Shown: positions 30,958-41,287, counted from the first letter of the stretch. The stretch is 64,000 bases of DNA from an uncultured Dehalococcoidales bacterium (GCA_964437795.1 CAYTIC010000003.1:93835-157834), one strand, 5' to 3'. Notes: generated by a model from the letters alone, not told the origin. A program made the numbers and translations.

Positions 30958-32445
30958 TCATGCTGCGCAGCAGGCGCCCCTGTCTATCTCATTTCTGACA
31001 TATTTCAGGGCATCCTCCCTGGTGCTGATTTCGCCCGCCGCCTGGGCTTCCCTGACCAGCTTAAGCAGCCTGCCGATATCTTTACCCGGATGCATCCTGA
31101 ATTCATTCATTAGATCATCACCGGTTATCAGTCTGATCGGCAATATCTCATTTTCCAGTTTATTATGAACATCTATTATATACCTGACTTGCTCAATCTG
31201 CATATGCCACTCGTCGATATCGACACGCGGGCCGGCCACGGCCAGGTAATCTGCCAGCGCCAGGTAGATTATGTCGATCCCTGCGCCTTCGGTGTCCCTG
31301 AAAAAGCGATATATCGCCCGGTGGGTGGGCATACCTTCCTGCGACATCTGAGCCGGGTGAAGGTGGTGGTAAATCAATTTCTCTATATAGCGGATCTCGC
31401 TGGTACTGAACCGCAGCCGCCCCAGGAGAGCGGCTGCGGTAGCTGCGCCGTCCTTGGTATGGCCGATGAACCTTATGCGGCCGTTTTCCTCGACTGTCCT
31501 GTCCGCAGGCTTGGCGATATCGTGCAACAGCATGCCCAACTTTAATAACGTCTTGCGGTTGCAGCCGGCGGCTATTTCCTCGTTAAAATGCTGCTGTATC
31601 TCGGACTGCCACGGCACTGCTTCCAGAAGTCCCCCTCTCCCATAGACCCAGTCACTCTCTCTCAATATATATTCGAGGGCGGCTATAGACTCGATAGAGT
31701 GATCGAAAACGTCCCAGTAATGTTCCCTCGGCTGCTTCACGCCTTTCATAGCCTCGATCTCGGGTATTATCCTGCACAACAGCCCCAGGTCATCGAGGTA
31801 ACGTACAGAATTGCCTGCATACGGCAATGCCAGTATCCTGAGCAATTCTTCCCTGACCTTTTCGCTGGGCACTGCCTCCACGAGCTTGCTATTAAGCCGG
31901 ATGGTATCCTCTGTAATCGTATCTATCTCGAGGTTAAGCTCTCTTGAAAGCCTTACCGCGCGCATCAGTCTGGAGGGATCACTGTCGAAGACCCTGTCGC
32001 TGACCTGTCTTAACAGCCCTTTTTTCAAATCCTCCTCACCGCCCGAAGGATCAAGCAGGAGTATCTCTCCCGATACAAAAGCCGCAAGGTCAAGCCCCAT
32101 GGCGTTCACAGTGAAATCACGCCGCAGCAGGTCACGTTCGATATCACCTGCGTACGATGTTATGTCTATATGCCACGGCTCGGTTTCCCCGGCTACGACA
32201 ACCCGGCCCACTCGGTTTTCCTCATCCAGCATCACGTAGCGCCCATCCACCAGCTCTGCCGCTTCCTGAGCTATCGCCAGCGAATCGCCATTGACCGCAA
32301 TATCAAGGTCAGCCGTATCCCTGCCTACCAGCCAGTCACGTACAAAGCCACCTACCAGGTAAGCTTTGCATTCAGGAACGGCGCAGACCGTGGAAAGCCT
32401 GGTGAGGATACCCTTCAAATCCTGGTTGATCTCGAACACAAGCAA
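30958..32445 (-). CDS. cca: CCA tRNA nucleotidyltransferase / poly(A) polymerase family with HD domain
   Basis: GGFVRDWLVGR..ADLDIAV nucleotidyltransferase motif, RRDFT.NA, and a C-terminal HD motif LLHDIAKP. Confidence 0.85.
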   Translation of the reverse strand: MLVFEINQDLKGILTRLSTVCAVPECKAYLVGGFVRDWLVGRDTADLDIAVNGDSLAIAQEAAELVDGRYVMLDEENRVGRVVVAGETEPWHIDITSYAGDIERDLLRRDFTVNAMGLDLAAFVSGEILLLDPSGGEEDLKKGLLRQVSDRVFDSDPSRLMRAVRLSRELNLEIDTITEDTIRLNSKLVEAVPSEKVREELLRILALPYAGNSVRYLDDLGLLCRIIPEIEAMKGVKQPREHYWDVFDHSIESIAALEYILRESDWVYGRGGLLEAVPWQSEIQQHFNEEIAAGCNRKTLLKLGMLLHDIAKPADRTVEENGRIRFIGHTKDGAATAAALLGRLRFSTSEIRYIEKLIYHHLHPAQMSQEGMPTHRAIYRFFRDTEGAGIDIIYLALADYLAVAGPRVDIDEWHMQIEQVRYIIDVHNKLENEILPIRLITGDDLMNEFRMHPGKDIGRLLKLVREAQAAGEISTREDALKYVRNEIDRGACCAA

Positions 32446-32482
32446 AGATTATAGCCCCGCCTTTGAGCCTTGTAAAGTCAAA

Positions 32483-33595
32483 TCAACCTTTTGCGGCATT
32501 TAGCCGGCTCAGGAACGGTGCGGGATCGGCCAGTATATCAAAGTATTCGTTCAATCCCGCGTCTGTATACGGTTCCTCGGGCACCATATAGAATGCAAAT
32601 CCTTTACCGCCAATCTCCCTGGCAATAGTCAGCGCATTGCTGGGATTTACGTATATCTGGCAAAGCTTCCCACCGGCCCTTATTTTCTTCAATAGCGGCA
32701 GCCAGTTCGAGTGGCCCGGGCATCCTGATCCCGGCACCCACTGTATACCCTTGAGTGACTTGATCGAAAGCAACATGTCAAGATGGCGTACGGCGCCGGG
32801 CCCATCAAGGTGATAAAAAGCGTTGTCGAGGCTGTCGCATAAAGTCGTCACGTCATGCAGGGCGAATTGCTCGAACATCCTGGGCGATATCATCGCGCTG
32901 AAATCGCATTGCAACATATAACCACGCCCCCTGGACAATAACGGTGCCCAGAATGTGGTCCCCCTGCCCGTAGCTTTAACGATTTCGAGAGTCTCATCAT
33001 AGTAGCGCAGCCAGGCTTGCGTGATGTCCCCGCAGCACCTTATTACCTCGTCCGGACGTTCATAAAGGTCATAGAGCAACCCGGAGGTAGTGCGGAAAGA
33101 GGCGAGTATATCCATCACTCCACCCATGTCGGTATGCCCGATTGCTACGTTATTCCCCCAACTATTCAGGGCCGCGGTAGTGGTCTCAATCATCCTTCGC
33201 CACCATGGATTAGCGGCATCGTAATGCAGGTGCAGGTCGCCATATTCAATAGGTTTATCAACCTCGAACCATACAGTGACCTGTTCAGCCGACGGTTTGA
33301 CCGGTCCGCCCAGGAAGCCCGAAACGATCCCCGGGCCAAAGTAAGGAAGCCAGTTTGGATACGAGTCGCCGTAAAATTGAATCGACTCCAGCCGTTTCTG
33401 ATAATAATGGATAAAGTCAGCAACAGGCTTATGCAGCATGAAATCAGTGCTGAACTCCACCGGGTCGGCGTTAACCGTAGTATCCAGTGACTGAAGTATA
33501 ACCATCGGGCGATCGATTTCTCCCGCCCACCAGGCAGCCCAATCCGCCTCAACCTTTGACCAGCGCCTGTCATCAAAGTTCAGTTTAATGCTCAC
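32483..33595 (-). CDS. Hypothetical protein (possibly URO-D-like TIM-barrel fold)
   Basis: A 370-aa intact ORF with coding-like composition. The only family hint is a weak resemblance in the C-terminal half (CDF...ISP..F..F, HLDG.G) to uroporphyrinogen-decarboxylase-like proteins. Function unknown. Confidence 0.55.
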   Translation of the reverse strand: MSIKLNFDDRRWSKVEADWAAWWAGEIDRPMVILQSLDTTVNADPVEFSTDFMLHKPVADFIHYYQKRLESIQFYGDSYPNWLPYFGPGIVSGFLGGPVKPSAEQVTVWFEVDKPIEYGDLHLHYDAANPWWRRMIETTTAALNSWGNNVAIGHTDMGGVMDILASFRTTSGLLYDLYERPDEVIRCCGDITQAWLRYYDETLEIVKATGRGTTFWAPLLSRGRGYMLQCDFSAMISPRMFEQFALHDVTTLCDSLDNAFYHLDGPGAVRHLDMLLSIKSLKGIQWVPGSGCPGHSNWLPLLKKIRAGGKLCQIYVNPSNALTIAREIGGKGFAFYMVPEEPYTDAGLNEYFDILADPAPFLSRLNAAKG

Positions 33596-33673
33596 AATTA
33601 CCTCATATTATAAATCGCTTTTACTTATTCAACAGGCGAACTGTACTGCAGCAAATGATATAATTTAACCGCT

Positions 33674-34786
33674 ATGCAATACAAACGCATCGTAATCAAG
33701 CTCGGGACCAACCTGATTACCGGGGGTAGCGGCAGCCTGGACCTGAAGATCATGGCCGACCTGGCCGGGCAGGTGGCTAAACTACACCACAACGGGCATG
33801 AGTTGATCCTTGTGTCATCCGGCGCAGTCGCAGCCGGCCGGGATCTGCTGGGCATAAAGAACAAGCGCAAGGACATACCTTTTACGCAGGTCATGGCTTC
33901 CGTCGGACAAAACCGCCTGATGAATGTCTATTGCGGCCTTTTCCTGGAGCATGGCATAAACGTAGCCCAGGCACTTCTTACACGGTCAGACCTGACTGAC
34001 CGGGCGCATTATCTTAATGCCCGCAATACGCTGCTGGCCCTGATCGATCTCAAGGTGATCTGCGTGGTCAACGAGAACGATGTGGTATGCACCGACGAAC
34101 TGGGAGAGCGGAAGTTTGGAGATAACGACAACCTGTCAGCCATGGTAGCCAACCTGGTGGATGCAGACCTGCTGGTGCTTCTTTCCGATGTGGAAGGTCT
34201 GTATACGGCCGACCCCCAACAGGACCCTCAGGCAAAGCTTATACCGGTGGTTGACACGATTGATATTAAAGTTGAAGAAATGGCAGGCGGCGCCGGTAGT
34301 GCACGCGGCACTGGGGGAATGGTAACCAAGCTTGAGGCGGCGCGGCTGGCCACGTCCTCCGGTGTGCCCGTGATTATAGCCAAGGGTTCGCTTCCCGGTG
34401 TGATTACGGAGGCCGCAGCCGGCAAGAGCATCGGAACGTTTTTCACAGCACGTGACAGCAAGATAGAGAGCCGCCAGCGCTGGCTGCTTTCGGGATTATC
34501 CAGTATGGGCAGATTAATCATAGATAAAGGCGCTGCCTCTGCTTTGCGCAGGAAGAACAAAAGCCTGCTTCCCGCAGGCATAATTGAAGTAGACGGCATC
34601 TTCAAGCGCGGAGAAGTAGTGGATTTATTCGAAAACGGGGGTAAAAAGATAGGCAGCGGCATATCCAATTACAGCTCCGGCGACCTGCTGCGTATCAAAG
34701 GCGAGAAGTCCGGTGCGATATCCGACATACTTGGGTACGAATACGGTGACGAGGCTGTGCACCGTGACAACCTGGCGCTTGTCTAA
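33674..34786 (+). CDS. proB: Glutamate 5-kinase with C-terminal PUA domain
   Basis: Motifs: KRIVIKLGT..IT, VSSGAVA.G, NENDVV, FGDND.LSA.VA, GTGGM.TKL.AA. Confidence 0.93.
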   Translation: MQYKRIVIKLGTNLITGGSGSLDLKIMADLAGQVAKLHHNGHELILVSSGAVAAGRDLLGIKNKRKDIPFTQVMASVGQNRLMNVYCGLFLEHGINVAQALLTRSDLTDRAHYLNARNTLLALIDLKVICVVNENDVVCTDELGERKFGDNDNLSAMVANLVDADLLVLLSDVEGLYTADPQQDPQAKLIPVVDTIDIKVEEMAGGAGSARGTGGMVTKLEAARLATSSGVPVIIAKGSLPGVITEAAAGKSIGTFFTARDSKIESRQRWLLSGLSSMGRLIIDKGAASALRRKNKSLLPAGIIEVDGIFKRGEVVDLFENGGKKIGSGISNYSSGDLLRIKGEKSGAISDILGYEYGDEAVHRDNLALV

Positions 34787-34803
34787 ATATCAAGGGGGTT
34801 TTC

Positions 34804-36078
34804 ATGCAGGCAGATATAAACGAATTGCAGGAAAAAGCGGCACAGGCTAAAACAGCCTCTAAACGATTGGCTTTTACACCTGCCGAAACGAAAAATACGG
34901 CTCTTATGGCTATTGCGCAGGCGTTGTTGGATAAGGAAGACTTTATCCTCAATAACAACGAGAAGGACTATAAAGAAGCGGCAGCCTCGGGGATGAGCGA
35001 GGCCATGCTCGACCGGCTTATGCTCGACTCGAAACGGTTGAAGGGTATATCGGACGATGTAAAAACCGTTGCAGCGCTGCCCGATCCCGTGGGCGAGATA
35101 ATCGAGGAGCGTACCCTGCCCAACGGCCTCTTTTTGAGTAAGAGACGCGTACCTCTGGGTGTAATAGGAGCCATATATGAGAGCAGGCCTAACGTAACTG
35201 TAGACATATCCGTGCTTTGCCTGAAGTCCGGCAATGCTGTGATACTGCGCGGGGGCAAGGAGTCGGCACGCTCCAATCTGGCGCTGGCCGGAACCGTGCA
35301 GGAGGCGGCTTATAAATCGGGCATCCCGCGTGGATCAGTGCAATTCATCGAATCGGCCGACCGTGCCCTGGTCGACCGCATGTTGAAAATGAAGGATTAT
35401 ATCGACCTCGTCATACCGAGGGGAGGCGCTTCTCTGATCAAGTTCGTAAGGGACAATGCCGCTATGGCAGTGGTAGCCGGCGGCATCGGTGTCTGCCATT
35501 TTTACGTGGACAGGACGGCCGACACAGGAAAGGCAGCAGCCATCGCTTACAATGCCAAGGTGCAGCGTCCTATGGTTTGCAATGCCCTCGACTGTGTGCT
35601 GGTGCACAAAGATATCGCGGCCAAATTCCTTCCTGCCATGGCCAGGGAACTGGTAAAGGCCGGTGTCGAGTTGCATTGTGACCATCGCTCCCTGGGGATA
35701 TTCAAATCGATAGAGGGGCTGAATATCAAGCCCGCTGTAGATGAGGACTGGGGCAGGGAATACCTGGCACTGGTGATGGCCGTTAAGGTCGTGGATTCCC
35801 TGGATGAAGCTCTGGAGCACATCGACCGATTCGGTTCGGGGCACTCCGAAGCTATCGCCAGCGAGGATAATGCCTCAATCCAGCGTTTCTTGAACGAGGT
35901 GGACGCCGCCTGCGTCTATGCCAATGCCAGCACACGTTTTACCGATGGGGCGCAATTCGGCATGGGTGCTGAGATCGGCATCAGCACGCAGAAGTTCCAT
36001 GCCCGCGGTCCCATGGCCTTGAGAGAGATAACGAGCTACAAGTGGTGTATAACGGGCAGCGGACAGGTGCGGCCTTAG
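34804..36078 (+). CDS. proA: Glutamate-5-semialdehyde dehydrogenase (gamma-glutamyl phosphate reductase)
   Basis: Motifs: PLGVIG.IYESRPNVT.D, ILRGGKE, CNA.D..LVH, GS.HSEAI, NASTRF.DG..FG.GAE.GIST.K.HARGP. Confidence 0.93.
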   Translation: MQADINELQEKAAQAKTASKRLAFTPAETKNTALMAIAQALLDKEDFILNNNEKDYKEAAASGMSEAMLDRLMLDSKRLKGISDDVKTVAALPDPVGEIIEERTLPNGLFLSKRRVPLGVIGAIYESRPNVTVDISVLCLKSGNAVILRGGKESARSNLALAGTVQEAAYKSGIPRGSVQFIESADRALVDRMLKMKDYIDLVIPRGGASLIKFVRDNAAMAVVAGGIGVCHFYVDRTADTGKAAAIAYNAKVQRPMVCNALDCVLVHKDIAAKFLPAMARELVKAGVELHCDHRSLGIFKSIEGLNIKPAVDEDWGREYLALVMAVKVVDSLDEALEHIDRFGSGHSEAIASEDNASIQRFLNEVDAACVYANASTRFTDGAQFGMGAEIGISTQKFHARGPMALREITSYKWCITGSGQVRP

Positions 36079-36152
36079 AAACATAGCGTCAACTACCCGG
36101 CCCGGCTGAGGCTGAAACGAAGAAGAAGGGCAAGATCCGAGGGCAGAGACCT

Positions 36153-37370
36153 GTGAAAATCTCACATGCGGGGATACCCCCATTTCACCTGCTGGTCAAG
36201 CCGGCAGGGCCCGTATGCAACCTCGGCTGTAAATACTGTTTCTTTCTCTCCAAGGACAAGTTATACCCGGGGAGCCGGTTCCGTATGGATGAAAAGCTGC
36301 TGGAGAACTACCTCCGCCAGCTGATCGAAGCGAGCCGCGGCCCCGAAGTAACCGTGGCCTGGCAGGGTGGGGAACCGATGCTGATGGGACTTGATTTCTT
36401 CCGTCTATCTTTAGAAATGGAGAGGAAATACAGCAGGCCGGGTATAAAGATACTTAATACGATCCAGACTAACGGCACCCTCATCGATGACGACTGGGCA
36501 GCGTTCTTCAAAAGTCATCGGTTCCTGGTCGGTATCAGCATCGATGGGCCAAGGGCATTGCACGATTGTTATCGTGTGGACAAGGGGGGATCGCCCACCT
36601 TCGACAGGGTGATGCGCGGGCTCAATTTCCTGCAGGAACGCGGCGTGGAATGGAATATACTTGCCGCCGTGCATAGCAAGAACGCCGATCATCCGCTTGA
36701 AGTCTACCGATTTTTTCGCGACGAATGTAATGCCGGATTTATTCAGTTCATACCTATTGTCGAACGGCTGAGAAAGCCGGGGGTGACATCCGGCGACAAG
36801 GTTACTGACCGGTCGGTTAAACCGGGGCAGTTCGGCAAATTCATGGTCGCAGTATTTGAAGAGTGGGTACGCCATGACGTCGGCACCGTGTACGTGCAGA
36901 TGTTCGATGCCGCGCTGGCCAACTGGCACGGTGTGCCGTCCGGCCTGTGTGTATCTTCAGCAACCTGCGGCACGGCACTCGTGATGGAAGATAACGGCGA
37001 TGTCTATTGCTGCGATCATTTCGTCGAGCCGCGATACAAGCTCGGGAATATCAACGACATACATCTTTCTGAGCTGGCGGCATCGGAACGGCAATTGAAA
37101 TTCGGGCGTAATAAGCTTAACGGATTGCCGTCGTGTTGCCGGCACTGTGAAGTACTATTTGCCTGCCACGGAGGTTGCCCTAAAGACCGCTTCCGCCCGG
37201 CGCCTGATGGACAGCCGGGGTTGAATTACCTGTGTGCCGGCTACAAGATGTTCTTCAAACACATCGATAGGCCGATGCGCGGCATGTCATGCATGCTGGG
37301 CAAGGGGGAGCCACCGGCCAATATAATGTTTACATATAAGACTATTAACACAACGATTGAAAACGGGTAG
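36153..37370 (+). CDS. Anaerobic sulfatase-maturating enzyme (radical SAM/SPASM)
   Basis: Motifs: FHLLVKPAGPVCNLGCKYCFF (CxxxCxxC), GGEP, and C-terminal SPASM cysteines (CCDHF, CRHCEVLFACHGGCPKDR). GTG start with GAGGG upstream. Confidence 0.88.
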   Translation: MKISHAGIPPFHLLVKPAGPVCNLGCKYCFFLSKDKLYPGSRFRMDEKLLENYLRQLIEASRGPEVTVAWQGGEPMLMGLDFFRLSLEMERKYSRPGIKILNTIQTNGTLIDDDWAAFFKSHRFLVGISIDGPRALHDCYRVDKGGSPTFDRVMRGLNFLQERGVEWNILAAVHSKNADHPLEVYRFFRDECNAGFIQFIPIVERLRKPGVTSGDKVTDRSVKPGQFGKFMVAVFEEWVRHDVGTVYVQMFDAALANWHGVPSGLCVSSATCGTALVMEDNGDVYCCDHFVEPRYKLGNINDIHLSELAASERQLKFGRNKLNGLPSCCRHCEVLFACHGGCPKDRFRPAPDGQPGLNYLCAGYKMFFKHIDRPMRGMSCMLGKGEPPANIMFTYKTINTTIENG

Positions 37371-37415
37371 CGGCCATAGTATAATCGCCCCATCCATTGA
37401 AGGAGGCAGCTGTTT

Positions 37416-38093
37416 ATGGGAAGTGTAATGGGAAACATTTTACCTGAGGCCATAGCGGTCGCAATCAGTCCGATTCCGATCATCGCCCTCATATTAATGC
37501 TCTTTTCAAAAAGAGCCGGGGCCAACAGCCTCGCATTCCTCATCGGCTGGATACTGGGCCTGGCCGCGGTCTGCGCCATAGTCATGGCTGTAGGCAGCAC
37601 GCAGAACATGTCCCCGGGCAGCGGCGCCTCCAGCGCCAGCTACGGGATTAAAATTCTGCTGGGGCTTCTCCTGCTGTTCATGGCTTTCAGGAACTGGAAA
37701 AAACGTCCGGGACCGGGCGAACAACCCAAGATGCCCGGTTGGATGTCAACTATAGATTCAATTAAGCCGGGCAGGGCCTTCCTGCTGGCAGTGCTGCTGG
37801 CCGCTATTAATCCTAAGAACTTCGTGCTTACCCTGACTGCAACATTGGACGTCGTGCAGAGGGGGCTGGCTACGAGCCAGGCAATCGTAGTTCTGGCCAT
37901 TTTTATCGTCATCGCCAGCCTGACTATTGCGCTTCCCGTGCTGATCAACCTTTTCATGGGTGCCAGGTCGGCCAGGATACTCGATAGCTGGAAAGTATGG
38001 CTGACGGCCAACAACAGCACGGTTATGTTCATACTGTTGCTCGTATTCGGCGTTGTGCTGCTGGGCAAGGGGATCGCCGGGCTATCCGGTTGA
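37416..38093 (+). CDS. Gap/Sap-like (GAP family) integral membrane protein
   Basis: 225 aa with about six TM helices. The N-terminus LPEAIAVAISPIPIIALILMLFS.RA..N..AFL.GW.LGL is typical of the mycobacterial Gap (GPL-addressing) / Sap family as I recall it. AAGGAGG lies upstream. Confidence 0.65.
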   Translation: MGSVMGNILPEAIAVAISPIPIIALILMLFSKRAGANSLAFLIGWILGLAAVCAIVMAVGSTQNMSPGSGASSASYGIKILLGLLLLFMAFRNWKKRPGPGEQPKMPGWMSTIDSIKPGRAFLLAVLLAAINPKNFVLTLTATLDVVQRGLATSQAIVVLAIFIVIASLTIALPVLINLFMGARSARILDSWKVWLTANNSTVMFILLLVFGVVLLGKGIAGLSG

Positions 38094-38112
38094 AATGACT
38101 GCAGGGAGGTAA

Positions 38113-40446
38113 GTGATGAGCGAGCAATTCAAAGGCGTTATGGGGCGCACTATAGATGAGTCTAAGGCATACTGGCCCGACCCGGTGCGTCCGCGTGAGG
38201 GCGCACCCAACGTCATATTCTGGGTAATAGACGATACCGGCTTCGGACAACTCAGCCCCTTCGGCGGACTGGTGGAAATGCCAACTATGCAAAGGCTGGC
38301 CGATAACGGGCTGCTCTACAACAATTTCCACACCACAGCGCTCTGCTCTCCGACACGCTCGTGTCTTTTGACCGGGCGCAACCACCATTCCAACCATATG
38401 TCCTGCATTACAGAAATAGCCATCGGCTTCCCGGGCAGCGACGGCCGCATCCCCTTCGAAAACGGCTTTCTTTCCGAGATGCTAACGCCTCACGGGTATG
38501 CGGCATGGGCCGTAGGCAAATGGCATATGACCCCTGCCCAGGAAGTGCACATGGGTGCCACCCGCGAGCGATGGCCCCTGGGAAGAGGCTTCGAGAGATA
38601 TTACGGTTTCATGTGGGGTGACACCGACCAGTGGAAACCGGACCTGGCACATGACAACCACCTGATCCCGGTTCCTGATAGGAAACCTTATTATCATCTG
38701 TCCGAGGACATCACAGACAAGGCCATTGAATTCATCAAGGACCTCAAATCCGTTACTCCCAGCAAGCCCTTCTTCCTCTACATGGCCTACGGCGCCAACC
38801 ATGCGCCGCACCAGGCCCCGAAAGAATGGATAGATAAATACAAAGGCAAATTCGACGCGGGCTGGGAAAAGTGCCGTGAAACGATTTATAAAAAACAGCT
38901 TGAAATGGGCATTATACCCCCGGGGACTGCGCTGCCTGCACACGATCCGGACGTGCCCGCATGGGACAGCCTCACAGACGATCAGAAACGACTGGCAGCG
39001 CGCTTTATGGAAGCCTTTGCCGGCCATTCTTCCCACATGGACCATCAATTCGGGCGCCTGATGCAGTTTGTGGAAGACATCGGCGAATTGGATAACACAC
39101 TTATCATGTTCGTATCAGATAACGGCGCCAGCTCTGAAGGAGGCCCTCACGGCCTGATTAACGAGAACGAGTTTTTCAATATGATACCGGAGGATGTACA
39201 GCGCACCATCTCCAGGATAGACGACATCGGAACACCCCGATCGTACAACCATTATCCATGGGGCTGGGCCTGGGCCGGAGATACCCCGTTTCGCCGCTGG
39301 AAGCGCGAGACATACCGCGGCGGTGTTTCCGACCCCTGTGTGGTGTCATGGCCCGCGGGCATCAAATCCAAAGGCCAGATACGTAACCAATATATTCATG
39401 CCATAGATTTAGTACCGACTGTCCTGGAGGTACTGGGAATCGATCCGCCGCGGTTCATACGGGGTGTTTCGCAATCACCCATTGAGGGCATAAGCTTCGC
39501 TTACAGCTTTGAAAACGGCAATGCACCCAGCCGCCGAGAGACACAGTATTACGAGATGTTCGGCCACCGCGCTATCTACCACAACGGATGGCGCGCCGTT
39601 TGCCCCTGGCCGGGAACGTCCTTTGTGGAGTCCGGCAAGGGATTCGGCACACCGTTATATCTGAAAGACCTGCAGCGGATCGAGGCCAGCGGATGGGAAC
39701 TGTATCATTTAGACGAAGATTACGCCGAAGCGCACAATGTTGCGGACAAGTACCCGGAGATCCTGCGGGAAATGATCTCGCGCTGGTGGACCGAAGCCGG
39801 TAAGTATAACGTATTGCCTGTTGACGGCCGCGGTCCGACGCGGACCCTGGACCCGCGTCCCGCAGTCGAGAAGCCGCGCCAGCGCTATATTTACTACTCA
39901 GGCAGCGCCAGGATAGCAGGGCTGGTAGCGGTCGATGTAAAGAACCGCTCGCATACGGTTTCAGCCGAAGTGGAAATCCCCAAGGGTGGCGCCGAGGGCA
40001 TCTTGATCTGTCAGGGCGGGCGCTTCGGTGGCTGGGCCTTGTATGTAAAAGAAAAGCGACTGAAGTTCGCTTACAACTACGCCGGTATTACCAACTATAT
40101 TATCGGTGCTGACCGTGATATACCTGCCGGCATTTGCAGGCTATGTTATGAGTTTGAGAAAAAGACCGAGCCTGACTTTATGAAAGGCAAAGGGGCCGGC
40201 GGTATCGGGCGGTTATACATAAACGATGATAAAGTCGGTGAGGCCGAGATCCCTGTTACATCTGCCATTTGCTACGATATACCGGGAAACCTTGCATGCG
40301 GCGGGGATGAGGGCGAGCCTGTAGTAGACGACTACACTTCACCATTCAAATTTACGGGTGTAATCAAACGGGTGGTCGTCGATGTGAGCGGAGAACCTGT
40401 AGTTCACCGCGAAATGGAAGGCCGCATAGCCATGGCAAGGCAATAA
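38113..40446 (+). CDS. Arylsulfatase, Cys-type (formylglycine-dependent), long form without signal peptide
   Basis: 777 aa. Motifs: PNVIFWVIDDTGFGQLS, TTALCSPTRSCLLTGRNHH (C-x-P-x-R), GKWH, SDNG. The N-terminus has no hydrophobic segment. Confidence 0.9.
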   Translation: MMSEQFKGVMGRTIDESKAYWPDPVRPREGAPNVIFWVIDDTGFGQLSPFGGLVEMPTMQRLADNGLLYNNFHTTALCSPTRSCLLTGRNHHSNHMSCITEIAIGFPGSDGRIPFENGFLSEMLTPHGYAAWAVGKWHMTPAQEVHMGATRERWPLGRGFERYYGFMWGDTDQWKPDLAHDNHLIPVPDRKPYYHLSEDITDKAIEFIKDLKSVTPSKPFFLYMAYGANHAPHQAPKEWIDKYKGKFDAGWEKCRETIYKKQLEMGIIPPGTALPAHDPDVPAWDSLTDDQKRLAARFMEAFAGHSSHMDHQFGRLMQFVEDIGELDNTLIMFVSDNGASSEGGPHGLINENEFFNMIPEDVQRTISRIDDIGTPRSYNHYPWGWAWAGDTPFRRWKRETYRGGVSDPCVVSWPAGIKSKGQIRNQYIHAIDLVPTVLEVLGIDPPRFIRGVSQSPIEGISFAYSFENGNAPSRRETQYYEMFGHRAIYHNGWRAVCPWPGTSFVESGKGFGTPLYLKDLQRIEASGWELYHLDEDYAEAHNVADKYPEILREMISRWWTEAGKYNVLPVDGRGPTRTLDPRPAVEKPRQRYIYYSGSARIAGLVAVDVKNRSHTVSAEVEIPKGGAEGILICQGGRFGGWALYVKEKRLKFAYNYAGITNYIIGADRDIPAGICRLCYEFEKKTEPDFMKGKGAGGIGRLYINDDKVGEAEIPVTSAICYDIPGNLACGGDEGEPVVDDYTSPFKFTGVIKRVVVDVSGEPVVHREMEGRIAMARQ

Positions 40447-40454
40447 CTTATGAT

Positions 40455-40487
40455 GGGGCGCACCGCACGGTGCGCCCCACTTTTCTC
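40455..40487 (+). terminator. Intrinsic terminator after the sulfatase gene
   Basis: GGGGCGCAC / GTGCGCCCC stem (40455-40478) followed by ACTTTTCTC. Confidence 0.6.
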
Positions 40488-41206
40488 TAAGGTAAACCTT
40501 CGAGTGCCTTTTTCTGTTCCTGGAAAAGCTGTTTTATGCCCTTATCCGCAAGCGCAATCAAAATATCAATCGTCTCTTTGGAGAAAGGCTTACCCTCCGC
40601 CGTACCCTGCAGCTCCACAAATTCGCCCTTATCCGTCATGACAACGTTAAAATCGACCCCGGCCCGGAAATCTTCGTCATAGCACAGGTCGAGCAACTTC
40701 AACCTGTCGACCACCCCCACGCTGGTGGCTGCCACAGCATACCTTACAGGCATGACCTTGTAGATGCCCTGCTTCCTTAGCCGGGCGATAGCCATATAAA
40801 GGGCCACGTATGCTCCGGTTATACTGGCCGTACGGGTCCCGCCATCGGCCTGCAATACGTCGCAGTCAACGGTAAAGGTCCTTTCGCCCAGTGAGTCCAT
40901 ATCCACAACCGAGCGCAGGCTGCGCCCGATCAACCGCTGGATCTCCTGAGAACGTCCCTGCTGCCTGTCAGGGCTGCGCGAGCTGCGCGTGTGCGTGGCG
41001 CGCGGCAGCATGGCATACTCGGCCGTGACCCAACCGCTGCCCTGCCCCTTGAGGAAGGGCGGCACCCTCTCTTCTACGCTTACAGCGCATATTACACGCG
41101 TATTGCCTATCTCGATAAGGGCCGATCCCTCCGGATAATCCTGGTATCCCAGGGTGATCTTTACCGGCCTCATTTCATCATTTGCACGTCCGTCTGCTCT
41201 CGCCAT
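40487..41206 (-). CDS. rph: Ribonuclease PH
   Basis: Motifs: R.DGR...E.RPV......EGS.L.E.G.T.V.C, GWVTAEYAMLP..T, DCDVLQADGGTRTASITGA. The start was chosen at the ATG at 41206 (MARADGR), preceded by GAAAGGA. Confidence 0.92.
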   Translation of the reverse strand: MARADGRANDEMRPVKITLGYQDYPEGSALIEIGNTRVICAVSVEERVPPFLKGQGSGWVTAEYAMLPRATHTRSSRSPDRQQGRSQEIQRLIGRSLRSVVDMDSLGERTFTVDCDVLQADGGTRTASITGAYVALYMAIARLRKQGIYKVMPVRYAVAATSVGVVDRLKLLDLCYDEDFRAGVDFNVVMTDKGEFVELQGTAEGKPFSKETIDILIALADKGIKQLFQEQKKALEGLP

Positions 41207-41287
41207 AATACATCCTTTCCGAATTAATTCCCGCGCAAGTATAGCATCTCGCAATGACGTGATGAAAGTGCTATCCTTTCACTCACT

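Noticed and set aside
41240-41262. CTCGCAATGAC, an 11-nt match to the repeat arm, in the rph/tauE divergent spacer.
   Set aside because: It is only a partial arm, without the GAAGCAATC half or the GCGCACCTGAAGGT box. It could be chance or a decayed remnant.
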